A DNA stretch of 62,142 bases, filler included, from 7 parts of 7 records of this genome joined end to end with filler, not necessarily neighbours in it; one strand, 5' to 3'. Counted from the whole stretch's first letter, positions 9,455 to 19,723 are shown. A program made the numbers and translations. The notes: generated from the sequence alone by a model not told the origin.

Positions 9455-9492
9455 ATAATAAATGAAGAACTTCGAATGATGAATTTCGAAGT
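9452..9492 (+). repeat. 41-bp heptamer-built repeat unit E (right terminal inverted repeat)
   Basis: TGAATA ATAAATG AAGAACT TCGAATG ATGAATT TCGAAGT; begins with the TGA stop codon of the four-helix-bundle gene. Confidence 0.85.
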
Positions 9493-9514
9493 TTGATACC
9501 GTAAATAACAAAAC

Positions 9515-10399
9515 ATGGCAATTCTCATCGACGGAAAACTCACCTCATCGCAAATCAAATCTGAAATCGCTATTCGCGTAGCGGAAATAAAAGCTGAGGG
9601 AGGCAAAACTCCTCATTTGGCAGCTATTCTCGTGGGAAGTGATGGCGCAAGCCAAACCTATGTAAATGCAAAGGTGAAGGCATGTGGAGAATGTGGTTTT
9701 GAATCTACTTTGGTGAGACTGGAAGACGATGTCTCTGAAGAAGAATTGTTGAAAGTAGTCGCTGAAATCAATGAGAATCCGGATATAGATGGATTGATCG
9801 TACAACTTCCTTTGCCTAAGCATATCTCTGTGGAGAAAGTAACCGATAAGATCAAGCCTGAGAAGGACGTGGATGGATTCACTCCAGCTAACGTGGGTCG
9901 CATGGCTCTGAACTGGCCAGCGTACGTGGCAGCTACTCCTTACGGGATTATAGAATTGCTGAAGAGATATGATATCCAGACCTCAGGCAAGCATTGCGTG
10001 GTGATCGGTAGATCTCATATCGTGGGAAGTCCGATGAGTATCCTGATGGCTAGAAATGGCTATCCAGGAAATGCAACTGTGACATTGACACATAGCCGAA
10101 CTGCTAATCTTCCGGAAATCGCCAAAACTGCTGATATTCTGATCGTAGCTTTGGGCAAACCACATTTTGTAACAGCCGATATGGTGAAGCCAGGCGCTGT
10201 GGTAATCGATGTGGGTATTCATAGAATCGAAGACGCTAGTAAGAAATCAGGATTCAAGTTGGTAGGAGATGTGAAGTTTGACGAGGTATCTGAAATCGCT
10301 TCTGCAATCACGCCAGTACCGGGTGGAGTAGGACCGATGACGATTGCTTCTTTGCTCTATAACACGCTGTTATCCGCAGAAAAGAAAGTTTACGGGTAA
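9515..10399 (+). CDS. folD: bifunctional methylenetetrahydrofolate dehydrogenase/cyclohydrolase
   Basis: [37 protein letters not shown]. Confidence 0.97.
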   Translation: MAILIDGKLTSSQIKSEIAIRVAEIKAEGGKTPHLAAILVGSDGASQTYVNAKVKACGECGFESTLVRLEDDVSEEELLKVVAEINENPDIDGLIVQLPLPKHISVEKVTDKIKPEKDVDGFTPANVGRMALNWPAYVAATPYGIIELLKRYDIQTSGKHCVVIGRSHIVGSPMSILMARNGYPGNATVTLTHSRTANLPEIAKTADILIVALGKPHFVTADMVKPGAVVIDVGIHRIEDASKKSGFKLVGDVKFDEVSEIASAITPVPGGVGPMTIASLLYNTLLSAEKKVYG

Positions 10400-10435
10400 T
10401 TCCCAAGAAAATAATCGTAAAAGGTTTACATCGGG

Positions 10436-10467
10436 TTTGCTTGGAATAGGCAAGTCTGATACTTTTG
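10436..10467 (+). promoter_or_regulatory. Bacteroidota sigma70 promoter for tRNA-Leu
   Basis: TTTG (10436-10439) N20 TACTTTTG (10460-10467). Confidence 0.7.
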
Positions 10468-10480
10468 CAGACTGTTAACC

Positions 10481-10564
10481 GCGCACGTGGTGAAACTGGT
10501 AGACACGCCAGCTTGAGGGGCTGGTGCTTTAAGTAGTGTGGAAGTTCGAATCTTCTCGTGCGCA
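10481..10564 (+). tRNA. tRNA-Leu(GAG)
   Basis: Acceptor stem GCGCACG/CGTGCGC, anticodon arm CCAGC-TTGAGGG-GCTGG, long variable arm, GTTCGAATC T-loop; ends at the contig edge. Confidence 0.95.
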
Positions 10565-10565
10565 C

Positions 10566-10665
10566 NNNNNNNNNNNNNNNNNNNNNNNNNNNNNNNNNNN
10601 NNNNNNNNNTTAATTAATTAANNNNNNNNNNNNNNNNNNNNNNNNNNNNNNNNNNNNNNNNNNNN
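10566..10665. other. artificial contig spacer
   Basis: N44-TTAATTAATTAA-N44; stop codons in all six frames. Confidence 0.98.
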
Positions 10666-10695
10666 CGACGCTCTAACCATCTGAGCTACCTCGCC
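10666..10695 (-). tRNA. tRNA 5' fragment (probably tRNA-Met; anticodon cut off by the gap)
   Basis: Reverse complement GGCGAGGTAGCTCAGATGGTTAGAGCGTCG = acceptor 5' strand plus D-arm; TACATTTG promoter on the minus strand at 10723-10730. Confidence 0.8.
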
Positions 10696-10808
10696 TTGGG
10701 TGGGCTCCTTTTTAAAGGAGTGCAAATGTAGAAATTTTTCTTTTTTATCATAGCAGCTTGCTGTCGATTTGAATTTTTTTTTTACCTTATCTCTAAATTA
10801 AGAGTCTT

Positions 10809-11195
10809 ATGCCGAAGGAATTATTTGTTGGGGAGTATCCTATTAACGCATCCAAAAAGATGCTTTATCCTTATATAAGTTCAGCATCTGGCCTTTCTCA
10901 GTGGTTTGCTGATGACGTAAATATTAATGAGGATAAGGAATATACTTTTTTATGGGACGGAGAGGAAAACAAGGCGAAAATTGTAGCCATTCGAGCGAAT
11001 TCATTAGTGAAATTCGAATTTACTGACGAGGAAAACCCTGATGATCCGAGCTATGTCGAGTTTAAGTTGGAAATGAACGAACTCACACAGGAAGTGTTTA
11101 TTCGAGTCACAGATTATTCTGAGATTGATGCCGAAGAGAGTCAGGAGCTTTATGAAAGCCTTATTCATGAGCTGAAGGAAATTGTAGGCGGTTAA
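10809..11195 (+). CDS. START-like/SRPBCC domain protein
   Basis: LYPYISSASGLSQWFADDV, FLWDGEE pattern typical of Bacteroidota START-like proteins. Confidence 0.8.
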   Translation: MPKELFVGEYPINASKKMLYPYISSASGLSQWFADDVNINEDKEYTFLWDGEENKAKIVAIRANSLVKFEFTDEENPDDPSYVEFKLEMNELTQEVFIRVTDYSEIDAEESQELYESLIHELKEIVGG

Positions 11196-11253
11196 TAGAA
11201 TAGTTCCTCAATTACCGCGTTAACACTGCTACATTGTCCATCTTTGCGCCTTC

Positions 11254-12954
11254 ATGCGGAAGCTAGATAAATTCATTATAAACTCTTTTATAGGCCCCTT
11301 CCTTTTGACAACCGGGTTGGCCACATTTATACTGTTAATTCAGTATATGCTGAAGTATTTCGATGATTTTGTGGGCAAGAATTTAGGAATGGAAGTTTTC
11401 TCCAAGCTTCTCTTTTATTTCAGCCTGAATATGCTTCAGGTGGCACTTCCACTTGGAGTCTTGGTTTCGTCCCTCATGACATTTGGAAACCTCGGGGAAA
11501 AATTTGAGCTGACAGCCATTAAAAGTGCAGGCATTTCTTTGATTCGGGCTTTGAGACCTATTTTCTTTTTTGTGGTCTTATTGGCATATGCTGCGTTCAA
11601 TTTTAATAACTACATCGTGCCGGCGGCCAATTTGGAAGCGTATAGTTTACTCTACGATATCAAGCATAAAAAAGCAGCCCTCAACATAACCGCAGGAGTT
11701 TTTTATGATGAAATTCCCGACTACAGCATCTACGTAAAAGAAAAATATAGCGATAATAAAACCCTAAAAGACATACTTATTTATGACCATACCGAAGGGA
11801 ATGGGAACAAGCGGATCATTATCGCGGATTCCAGTTTGATGTATACCATTTTCAACGATAAGTATCTTAAGTTGGAACTTTACAACGGTAACTATTACAT
11901 CGAAGAAGAGGAAAAAAACAAACCGGTAGATCAGCTTTTCCGAACCAAATTCGGACGAATGGACATGGTATTCAGCCTGTCGTCATTTGACCTTCAGGAA
12001 ACTAAAAAGGAGCTATTTGAAAATAACCGCCAGATGAAAAATCTGGAGCAATTAAATAAGGACATTGATTCTCTGAAAGAGGCAGTGACTGAGGCGCAAC
12101 ATTCATTACTGGTTAATATCACACCATCTTATAAGTTCTTTTTGAACGAAAGGGGCAAGGTGCTAAATGAAAAATTTGCGAAGAAGGTCAAGCCGACACC
12201 CGATCAAAGAGAGGATGATAAAAAGGAATTTAGAGAAGAGGAGAACCTGGATACAACGCAGACAGTAGTTATGGCCTCTATGTTTGCAGGGTTTGCTGGC
12301 CAAAGCCCAAAACAAACCCCTAAATTCGTAAAACCGAATATGAGTCCGGATTCTTTAAAGCTTCGGGCCAATGAAATTAGGGAATTACCCGAACTTTTGG
12401 ATAGTACTGAGAAAGGAAGAATGGTTAAAATTAAACCGCAGAAGAAAGGTGCAAGTCTGGACACGCTGGGGTGGAAACACATTCTAAATATTCCGAGGGT
12501 TCAGGAGGGAGAGGTGATGCTTTTTGCCAAGAACAATGCCCAAAACGTAAAAGTAAATCTGGGAAGTACCTATTCACGGATTTATAACTTGAATCGGGAT
12601 GTGAGCAAATACACAATTGAAAAGCATAAGAAATACAGTCAAGCTGTCGCTTGTATTGTAATGTTTTTGATCGGAGCGCCCCTTGGCGCGATCATTAAAA
12701 AAGGGGGGTTGGGTGTGCCGGTTATCATTTCGATTTTCTTTTTTCTCACGTATTACGTCATTACCATTATGTGCGCCAAGTGGTCCAACGAAGGACTAAT
12801 GAATCCAATAGTGGCGGCATGGCTAAGTGATTTTCTGTTGCTTCCATTCGGACTTTTCTTTTTACGTCAGGCGAGAATCGATGCTAGATTGTTTGAAGTC
12901 GATTTCTACAGCATTTGGCTGGATCGATTGAAAACCAAAATTTTAAAAAGATAA
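11254..12954 (+). CDS. LptF/LptG (YjgP/YjgQ) family LPS export permease
   Basis: N-terminal TM segments, GEKFELTAIKSAGISL, C-terminal IGAPLGAIIKKGG. Confidence 0.9.
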   Translation: MRKLDKFIINSFIGPFLLTTGLATFILLIQYMLKYFDDFVGKNLGMEVFSKLLFYFSLNMLQVALPLGVLVSSLMTFGNLGEKFELTAIKSAGISLIRALRPIFFFVVLLAYAAFNFNNYIVPAANLEAYSLLYDIKHKKAALNITAGVFYDEIPDYSIYVKEKYSDNKTLKDILIYDHTEGNGNKRIIIADSSLMYTIFNDKYLKLELYNGNYYIEEEEKNKPVDQLFRTKFGRMDMVFSLSSFDLQETKKELFENNRQMKNLEQLNKDIDSLKEAVTEAQHSLLVNITPSYKFFLNERGKVLNEKFAKKVKPTPDQREDDKKEFREEENLDTTQTVVMASMFAGFAGQSPKQTPKFVKPNMSPDSLKLRANEIRELPELLDSTEKGRMVKIKPQKKGASLDTLGWKHILNIPRVQEGEVMLFAKNNAQNVKVNLGSTYSRIYNLNRDVSKYTIEKHKKYSQAVACIVMFLIGAPLGAIIKKGGLGVPVIISIFFFLTYYVITIMCAKWSNEGLMNPIVAAWLSDFLLLPFGLFFLRQARIDARLFEVDFYSIWLDRLKTKILKR

Positions 12955-12987
12955 TTTGTATTTATTGCTTTTGAAATGTTCTTCTAG

Positions 12988-12995
12988 TACATTTG
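12988..12995 (+). promoter_or_regulatory. Bacteroidota -7 promoter element for rpsO
   Basis: TACATTTG with TTG 20 nt upstream (12965-12967). Confidence 0.6.
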
Positions 12996-13032
12996 CGCCT
13001 TGAATTAAGCGGAAATAAATAGTTAATATAGG

Positions 13033-13302
13033 ATGTATTTAACAAAAGAAGTAAAGGAAGAATTCTTTACAATACACGGAAACGGAGCAACAGATACAGG
13101 TTCTTCAGAAGGTCAGGTAGCTCTATTTACCTTCAGGATCAATCATTTGACTGAGCATTTGAAGACAAATAAAAAAGACCACTCCTCCAGACTGGGTCTT
13201 TTGAAGTTGGTGGGAAAAAGAAGAAGGATTCTTGATCACCTTCACAAAAGCGATATTGAAAAATACAGAAGTATTATCGCTAAATTAGGAATACGTAAGT
13301 AA
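13033..13302 (+). CDS. rpsO: 30S ribosomal protein S15
   Basis: DTGSSEGQVAL, KKDHSSRLGLLKLVGKRRR. Confidence 0.98.
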   Translation: MYLTKEVKEEFFTIHGNGATDTGSSEGQVALFTFRINHLTEHLKTNKKDHSSRLGLLKLVGKRRRILDHLHKSDIEKYRSIIAKLGIRK

Positions 13303-13319
13303 TCCATTTAAAGCATTTT

Positions 13320-13350
13320 GGGAATCAACTACGGATTCCCTTTTTTATTT
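13320..13350 (+). terminator. intrinsic terminator after rpsO
   Basis: GGGAATC-loop-GATTCCC followed by TTTTTTATTT. Confidence 0.8.
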
Positions 13351-13399
13351 TCAGGCGCCTGAGAGATAGAGGCTCCTGTCATTTCTAAAAAGAAAAATT

Positions 13400-15544
13400 A
13401 TGAAGCCTCAAGGTATTACCAAAGTAATTCCATCGTCTGATGGAAGAGAAATCTCCATCGAAACTGGCCGCCTGGCCAAACAAGCAGATGGTTCAGTTGT
13501 TGTAAGAATGGGAAAAGCGGTTTTGCTCGCTACTGTTGTTTCTAAAAAAGAAGCAGGAGAAGGAGTAGACTTCTTACCTCTTTCAGTTGATTATCAAGAG
13601 AAATTTGCGTCAGCAGGAAAAATCCCTGGAGGATTCTTGAAAAGAGAAGGACGACTATCGGATTATGAAATCCTTATCTGTCGTTTGGTAGATAGAGCAC
13701 TACGGCCTTTATTTCCTGAAGATTATCATGCAGATACTCAGGTAGCCATTTCACTTCTTTCTTCAGATCCGGATGTAATGCCTGATGCTTTGGCTGCCTT
13801 AGCCGCATCCTCGGCTTTAGCAGTGTCCGACATTCCTTTCAACGGTCCGATTTCTGAAGTTCGTGTGATTAAGTTAGATGGACAATTCAAAGTAAGCCCT
13901 TCTCCTGCAGAAATGGCGTTGGCTGATTTAGACCTGATCGTTGCGGGATCTGCTGAAAACATCATGATGGTGGAAGGTGAGTCTAAGGAAGTGAGCGAAG
14001 CAGATATGCTTGAAGCGATCAAAAAGGCACACGAAGAAATTAAAAGACATTGCGCAGCGCAAGTTGAATTGGCAAATGAAGTAGGCTCAACAGTAAAAAG
14101 AGAATACGATCACGAGCCTAAGGATGAAGCGCTAAAAGCAGTCATCGCTGAAAAATGCTACGATGGATGCTATGCAATTGCTAAAGAAGGTATTGCTGAC
14201 AAAAAAATCAGAGCCGAGAAATTTGCCGCAGTTAAGGAGGCTTTCCTTGAAGGATATAGCGAAGAAGAAAAAGCCGAGTTGAACGGATTTTTGGTAAAAA
14301 AATATTTCCACGACGTGGAAAAGGATGCGGTGAGAAACTGTGTACTTGATACCAGACTTAGACTTGATTCACGAAAATTGGATGAAGTAAGACCTATCTG
14401 GTCTGAAGTGGATTATTTGCCATCTGCGCATGGTTCTGCTGTGTTCACTAGAGGGGAAACGCAATCGCTTACCACAGTTACTTTGGGATCCAAAATGGAT
14501 GAACAAATGATCGACGGGGCGATGTTCTCAGGATACAATAAATTCATTCTTCATTACAATTTCCCGGCATTTTCTACAGGTGAAGCTAGACCAAACAGAG
14601 GTCCTGGAAGAAGAGAAGTAGGGCACGGCAATCTTGCAATGAGAGCCTTGAAACCAATGCTTCCGACAGAGGATAATCCATATACAATTCGTATCGTGTC
14701 GGATATCCTTGAATCGAACGGTTCTTCCTCTATGGCTACCGTTTGCGCAGGTACACTTGCACTTTTGGATGCTGGGGTGAAAATCAAAAACTCGGTTTCA
14801 GGTATTGCAATGGGAATGATCTCCGATAGCAAGACTGGACGTTACGCTATTCTTTCGGATATCCTTGGGGATGAAGATCACCTTGGAGATATGGACTTTA
14901 AAGTTACCGGAACCAAAGACGGTGTGACTGCCTGCCAGATGGATATCAAGGTAGATGGTCTGTCTTATGAAGTATTGGCTGAAGCATTGAATCAGGCAAA
15001 ACAGGGAAGACTTCATATTCTTGGAGAAATGAATAAAACCCTTACTGCGCCTCGTGAAGAACTTAAGCCAAACGCTCCACGATTGGTGCAAATCCACATA
15101 GACAGAGAGATGATCGGTGCAGTGATCGGACCTGGTGGTAAAGTAGTTCAGGAAATTCAAAGAGAATCTGGAGCTACAGTTACCATTGAAGAGATCGATA
15201 AAGGTGGTGTTGTAACTGTTTTTGCGTCTGACAAGTCGAAACTTGATGATGCAGTTGGAAGAATCAAGGCAATCGTTCAGGTTCCTGAAGTGGGAGAAAT
15301 TTATAACGGTAAGGTAAAAGCGATCATGCCGTTTGGTGCATTTGTTGAAGTTTTGCCGGGTAAAGATGGATTACTTCATATTTCGGAAATCATGTGGGAT
15401 AGACTTGAGAAGATGGACGGTGTGCTTGAAGTTGGTGAAGAAATTCAGGTGAAGCTGGTAGATATCGACAAAAAAACAGGCAAATACAGATTGTCAAGAA
15501 AAGTTTTGTTGCCTAAGCCTGAAAAGGAAGCCAAAGCTGATTAA
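13400..15544 (+). CDS. pnp: polyribonucleotide nucleotidyltransferase
   Basis: [31 protein letters not shown] and S1 domains; follows rpsO. Confidence 0.98.
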   Translation: MKPQGITKVIPSSDGREISIETGRLAKQADGSVVVRMGKAVLLATVVSKKEAGEGVDFLPLSVDYQEKFASAGKIPGGFLKREGRLSDYEILICRLVDRALRPLFPEDYHADTQVAISLLSSDPDVMPDALAALAASSALAVSDIPFNGPISEVRVIKLDGQFKVSPSPAEMALADLDLIVAGSAENIMMVEGESKEVSEADMLEAIKKAHEEIKRHCAAQVELANEVGSTVKREYDHEPKDEALKAVIAEKCYDGCYAIAKEGIADKKIRAEKFAAVKEAFLEGYSEEEKAELNGFLVKKYFHDVEKDAVRNCVLDTRLRLDSRKLDEVRPIWSEVDYLPSAHGSAVFTRGETQSLTTVTLGSKMDEQMIDGAMFSGYNKFILHYNFPAFSTGEARPNRGPGRREVGHGNLAMRALKPMLPTEDNPYTIRIVSDILESNGSSSMATVCAGTLALLDAGVKIKNSVSGIAMGMISDSKTGRYAILSDILGDEDHLGDMDFKVTGTKDGVTACQMDIKVDGLSYEVLAEALNQAKQGRLHILGEMNKTLTAPREELKPNAPRLVQIHIDREMIGAVIGPGGKVVQEIQRESGATVTIEEIDKGGVVTVFASDKSKLDDAVGRIKAIVQVPEVGEIYNGKVKAIMPFGAFVEVLPGKDGLLHISEIMWDRLEKMDGVLEVGEEIQVKLVDIDKKTGKYRLSRKVLLPKPEKEAKAD

Positions 15545-15601
15545 ATTTAGTGGTGATAGGAATGCCCGAAGGTAGTTTCGGATCAAATCTAATCACCGCA
15601 A

Positions 15602-16468
15602 ATGAGACAACTTAAAATAAGTAAACAGATAACTAACAGGGAAAATGCCTCCCTAGATAAGTATCTACAGGAAATAGGAAAAGTTGAGCTAATTACACCC
15701 GAAGAAGAGGTGGAATTAGCTCAACGTATTAAAGGGGGTGACCATTTAGCTCTTGAGCGACTCACTAAAGCAAATCTTCGTTTCGTGGTGTCTGTCGCGA
15801 AACAATACCAAAACCAGGGACTCACCCTTGGAGACCTCATCAACGAAGGAAATTTAGGTCTCATTAAAGCCGCTCAGCGATTTGATGAAACCCGTGGATT
15901 CAAGTTTATTTCTTATGCCGTTTGGTGGATTCGTCAATCCATTCTTCAGTCGCTAGCCGAGCAATCCAGAATTGTTCGTCTTCCACTCAATAGGGTTGGG
16001 GCCTTAAACAAAATTTCAAAAACCTTCTCGGATCTCGAACAAAAGTTTGAGCGCGAACCTACTCCTGCCGAAATGGCAGAAGTTTTGGATATGTCTATTT
16101 CTGATGTTTTGGACACCATACGCATATCTGGAAGACAGGTGTCCATTGATTCTCCATTCGCTTCTGGTGAGGAAAGCAGCCTACTCGATGTGCTCGAAGA
16201 TGAGTCCGAGGCTACACCTGATGATGGTCTGTTGATTGATTCCCTGAAGAAGGAAGTGAGACGCGCGTTAGCCACTTTGACTCAAAGAGAGGAGGATATT
16301 GTTACTTATTACTACGGTCTGAATAACGGGGGTGACCCCATGACGTTGGAAGAAATAGGGATGAAACTTGGCCTCACCAGAGAGCGGGTTCGGCAAATCA
16401 AAGAAAAAGCTATACGAAGACTCAGACACAATACCAGAAGTAAATCCTTAAAACCATATTTAGGGTAG
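15602..16468 (+). CDS. rpoD: RNA polymerase sigma70 (Bacteroidota primary-type, lacking region 1.1)
   Basis: [11 protein letters not shown] start, [37 protein letters not shown]. Confidence 0.9.
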   Translation: MRQLKISKQITNRENASLDKYLQEIGKVELITPEEEVELAQRIKGGDHLALERLTKANLRFVVSVAKQYQNQGLTLGDLINEGNLGLIKAAQRFDETRGFKFISYAVWWIRQSILQSLAEQSRIVRLPLNRVGALNKISKTFSDLEQKFEREPTPAEMAEVLDMSISDVLDTIRISGRQVSIDSPFASGEESSLLDVLEDESEATPDDGLLIDSLKKEVRRALATLTQREEDIVTYYYGLNNGGDPMTLEEIGMKLGLTRERVRQIKEKAIRRLRHNTRSKSLKPYLG

Positions 16469-16551
16469 CCAATATGACAGATTAAGAGCTTTTGGGCTTA
16501 ATTTTGTTTCCTCCTCAGGGAATTTGCGTTTCAAAGAATAAAAAGTTTATC

Positions 16552-17508
16552 ATGGCGAGTGAAAAAGTAAAAGTACTCATAATCGGATCTGGGCCGGCTG
16601 GTTATACAGCAGCAATTTATGCGGCGCGTGCGGGACTGAACCCCGTGCTCTATCAAGGTGGTCAGCCTGGAGGTCAATTGACTATTACAAATGATGTGGA
16701 GAACTATCCGGGTTATCCGGATGGTGTGATGGGACCACAAATGATGGTTGATTTCCAAACACAGGCGCAACGATTCGGGGCAGACATTCGATATGGAATG
16801 GTTACATCAGTTGATTTTTCCGGATGGCCTCATAAAGTAGTGGTGGATGAAAAGCAGGAAATTGAAGCTGAGGCAGTAATTATTTCTACTGGCGCATCAG
16901 CCAAATGGTTAGGTCTTGAAAGCGAACAACGATTGAACGGAAACGGTGTGTCGGCTTGTGCTGTTTGTGACGGATTCTTTTTCAGAGGTCAGGATGTGGC
17001 TATTGTTGGTGGAGGCGATACGGCAGCTGAAGAGGCGACCTATCTGTCGAAGTTGGTCAACAAAGTATACATGCTGGTAAGAAGGGATGAGCTAAGAGCA
17101 TCCAAAATCATGCAGCAGCGGGTTAAAAACACTCCAAATATTGAACTCCTTTGGAATAGTGAAACAGACGAAGTTCTTGGTGAAAAGGAAGTAGAGGCAA
17201 TTAGAATAAAAGATACTGTAACCGGTGAAAAACGTGAAATTCCTGTTCAGGGATTCTTTGTAGCCATCGGGCATAAGCCGAATACGGAAATATTCAAAGA
17301 CTTTTTAGATTTGGATGAGAGCGGATACATTAAAACTACCCCTGGTTCATCGAAAACCAAAATAGAGGGAGTCTTTGTGACAGGCGATGCTCAGGATAAA
17401 ATTTACAGACAAGCAGTTACGGCGGCAGGTTCCGGATGTATGGGAGCCTTGGATGCGGAGCGTTTTCTTGCAATGAAGGAAATGGAGCTTGCTGAGGAAT
17501 CGGCGTAA
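16552..17508 (+). CDS. trxB: thioredoxin-disulfide reductase
   Basis: IIGSGPAGYTAA, CAVC redox motif, GGGDTAAEEA; ATG at 16552. Confidence 0.97.
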   Translation: MASEKVKVLIIGSGPAGYTAAIYAARAGLNPVLYQGGQPGGQLTITNDVENYPGYPDGVMGPQMMVDFQTQAQRFGADIRYGMVTSVDFSGWPHKVVVDEKQEIEAEAVIISTGASAKWLGLESEQRLNGNGVSACAVCDGFFFRGQDVAIVGGGDTAAEEATYLSKLVNKVYMLVRRDELRASKIMQQRVKNTPNIELLWNSETDEVLGEKEVEAIRIKDTVTGEKREIPVQGFFVAIGHKPNTEIFKDFLDLDESGYIKTTPGSSKTKIEGVFVTGDAQDKIYRQAVTAAGSGCMGALDAERFLAMKEMELAEESA

Positions 17509-17520
17509 TTGGACATAAAC

Positions 17521-17572
17521 AAAGAGCCATTCCCAATATTGGATAAAGTTCAATGTTGAGAATGGCTCTTTT
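17521..17572. terminator. long imperfect hairpin between trxB and hslV
   Basis: AAAGAGCCATTC..CAATATTG pairs with CAATGTTG..GAATGGCTCTTT. Confidence 0.6.
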
Positions 17573-17589
17573 ATTTCAATAAAAGATAA

Positions 17590-18132
17590 ATGGGTAAACT
17601 GAAAATACAATCAACAACTGTGCTGGCCGTAAAGCACAACGGACAAATAGCGATTGGTGCAGATGGTCAGGCGACCATGGGTGCTACGGTGGCGAAGAGT
17701 CACGTGAAGAAAATCCGAAAATTGGCCGATGGGAAAGTGATATCAGGATTTGCTGGATCCACCGCGGATGCCTTTACACTCCTGGATCGCTTTGAAGAAA
17801 AGCTGAGTGCCTATTCCGGAAACTTGAAACGTGCAGCAGTAGAGCTAGCTAAAGAATGGCGTAAAGATAAATACTTGCGTCAGCTCGAGGCAATGATGAT
17901 CGTGGTGGATAAAAATGAAATATTGGTGATATCAGGCACAGGAGATGTGCTTGAGCCGGATGATGATGTCGCCAGCATCGGAAGCGGAAGTATGTATGCC
18001 AAATCCGCTGCAATGGCGTTAAAGAAGCACGCCCCACACCTGACTGCTGAAGAAATGGTGAAGGAAGGACTCACGATAGCCGCAGATATCTGTATTTATA
18101 CCAATCAAAACCACATGATTGAAGTCGTTTGA
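17590..18132 (+). CDS. hslV: ATP-dependent protease subunit HslV
   Basis: TTVLAV N-terminal Thr, GFAGSTADA, IGSG, DICIYTN. Confidence 0.96.
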   Translation: MGKLKIQSTTVLAVKHNGQIAIGADGQATMGATVAKSHVKKIRKLADGKVISGFAGSTADAFTLLDRFEEKLSAYSGNLKRAAVELAKEWRKDKYLRQLEAMMIVVDKNEILVISGTGDVLEPDDDVASIGSGSMYAKSAAMALKKHAPHLTAEEMVKEGLTIAADICIYTNQNHMIEVV

Positions 18133-18148
18133 AAGGAGTATAGCCAGA

Positions 18149-18192
18149 TAAAACAAAGCAGCACATGGGGTTCCAAGTGCTGCTTTGTTTTA
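18149..18192. terminator. bidirectional terminator
   Basis: 16-bp perfect stem TAAAACAAAGCAGCAC/GTGCTGCTTTGTTTTA between convergent genes. Confidence 0.8.
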
Positions 18193-18225
18193 AGAATACC
18201 TTTCTAAGGAGGCTATTCGATGTTT

Positions 18226-18939
18226 TTATGGCAGTGTTAACAGTCTATTCGAGCGCACGTATCCTTCCGTGTCTTCCGATTCGATTTTAGACCACACAGG
18301 GGCCTGACTGATGATTCTAACTTTATTGCCTTTGGTGATGTAATCAACCGGCTCAGCGCCCGCTGACGGCCCGGTCATTAGAATTGTTTGGTTCTGAGCA
18401 ATAATGGCTTCTTTCGTATCAAAATAATTATTGGTGATTAATACCACCGGAACGATTAAAAGAAGCTGTAGAGCGAGCCACGGTAGGGCGCGCAATCCAT
18501 TTGGTTGCTTATAATAAACCAAGGCGAGCGTGAAGGCTGACAGAGCGAGGAGTGTCAAGATAATCGACCCATCATATTTATTTATGCTGTTCACAATGAA
18601 TTTATAATCCGAATATTCATAACCTGACAAATGATTTTCGTTGGCCAGATCAGTCATTTTTTGAAGCACTTTTCGGTTGCCGGTGATTTTGTAATAATGA
18701 TCCAAATAGTAAAGCGCCTCGGTATGGTTGCCTAGACCCTCCTTAATAAACCCCATTTTCACAAGCATGGCAGGAGAAATCTCACCCTGCTTATAAATTT
18801 CTTCATAAAGCGTAAATGCTTCTGTATATTTCTTGGATTTAAAGAGACTATCTGCTATAGTGATGGGGGTTTCTTGAGCCCAAAGTTGGTCGAAATTGAG
18901 TAATGCACCGAAGGTGAAAATTATTATCCTAAAAAACAT
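18226..18939 (-). CDS. TPR + TM + SH3-domain protein (BatE-like)
   Basis: Signal peptide, N-terminal TPR-like helices, two TM segments, C-terminal GPS..GNKVRI..WSKI..GYV SH3b. Confidence 0.7.
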   Translation of the reverse strand: MFFRIIIFTFGALLNFDQLWAQETPITIADSLFKSKKYTEAFTLYEEIYKQGEISPAMLVKMGFIKEGLGNHTEALYYLDHYYKITGNRKVLQKMTDLANENHLSGYEYSDYKFIVNSINKYDGSIILTLLALSAFTLALVYYKQPNGLRALPWLALQLLLIVPVVLITNNYFDTKEAIIAQNQTILMTGPSAGAEPVDYITKGNKVRIISQAPVWSKIESEDTEGYVRSNRLLTLP

Positions 18940-19039
18940 TTACTATGGTTGTATTTTGAGTTTAAGCTTTCTATTTTTGCAACCGCAATTTAAAGGAAGG
19001 GTGGTCAAAAAGCCCAATTTTAATTGCCAAATATAACCA

Positions 19040-19085
19040 GATCTGGTAGCTCAGCTGGTAGAGCATCTCCCTTTTAAGGAGAGGG
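19040..19085 (+). tRNA. tRNA-Lys(TTT), 3'-truncated
   Basis: GATCTGGTAGCTCAGCTGGTAGAGCA TCTCC-CTTTTAA-GGAGA; cut by the gap; TATTTTTG promoter at 18972-18979. Confidence 0.9.
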
Positions 19086-19185
19086 NNNNNNNNNNNNNNN
19101 NNNNNNNNNNNNNNNNNNNNNNNNNNNNNTTAATTAATTAANNNNNNNNNNNNNNNNNNNNNNNNNNNNNNNNNNNNNNNNNNNN
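19086..19185. other. artificial contig spacer
   Basis: N44-TTAATTAATTAA-N44. Confidence 0.98.
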
Positions 19186-19186
19186 G

Positions 19187-19516
19187 CTGGTCGATGTCGC
19201 CATCGATCAGGGCGGCTGCTTCGCGACATCCCGGGCGACCACGCATCGTGAGCCGACCTATATGGTCCATGACGTGGTGCATTATTGCGTCGCCAATATG
19301 CCGGGCGGTGTGGCGCGAACCTCCACCTTTGCGTTGAACAACGCGACATTGCCCTTTGTGCTCGCACTGGCGGACAAAGGCTATCGGCGCGCTTTGGCCG
19401 AGGACCGGCACCTGATGGAAGGGCTGAACGTCCATTGCGGCGACGTTACCTATAAGGCGGTCGCGGATGCGCACGGGCTGGATTTCAGGGTGCCTCAGGA
19501 AGCTCTCGGTCTCTGA
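19187..19516 (+). CDS. ald: alanine dehydrogenase, C-terminal part (5' truncated)
   Basis: [27 protein letters not shown]. Confidence 0.93.
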   Translation: MVDVAIDQGGCFATSRATTHREPTYMVHDVVHYCVANMPGGVARTSTFALNNATLPFVLALADKGYRRALAEDRHLMEGLNVHCGDVTYKAVADAHGLDFRVPQEALGL

Positions 19517-19723
19517 GGCCGGATGGCTGCAGTGGGCGGGAGCGGCGTGCCCGGCGCTCTCCCGCTCTACTGGAGTGGGGATAATGTATTTAATTTGTAT
19601 TTTAATAATATCTGTTTGGAAATTTCCCGAGAATTATGAAATTCAACAAGCAGTTTCGGTCTGTTAAGATTAACAATCTCTCAGAAGGAGAGGTGTGACG
19701 AACATCCAGAACGGATGGGGGAT

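Noticed and set aside
10566-10665. TTAATTAATTAA as a biological repeat
   Set aside because: It is identical in six places and embedded in N runs, so it is a concatenation linker. ORFs running through it (with X residues) are artefacts.
15602-16468. Truncated sigma70
   Set aside because: The lack of region 1.1 is normal for Bacteroidota primary sigma factors.
19086-19185. Horizontal transfer junction at tRNA-Lys between Bacteroidota-like and alphaproteobacterial DNA
   Set aside because: The composition shift coincides with an artificial spacer.
19590-19605. Canonical CtrA box upstream of the flagellin
   Set aside because: Spacing is TTAA-N8-TTAA, not N7, within an AT-rich tract.
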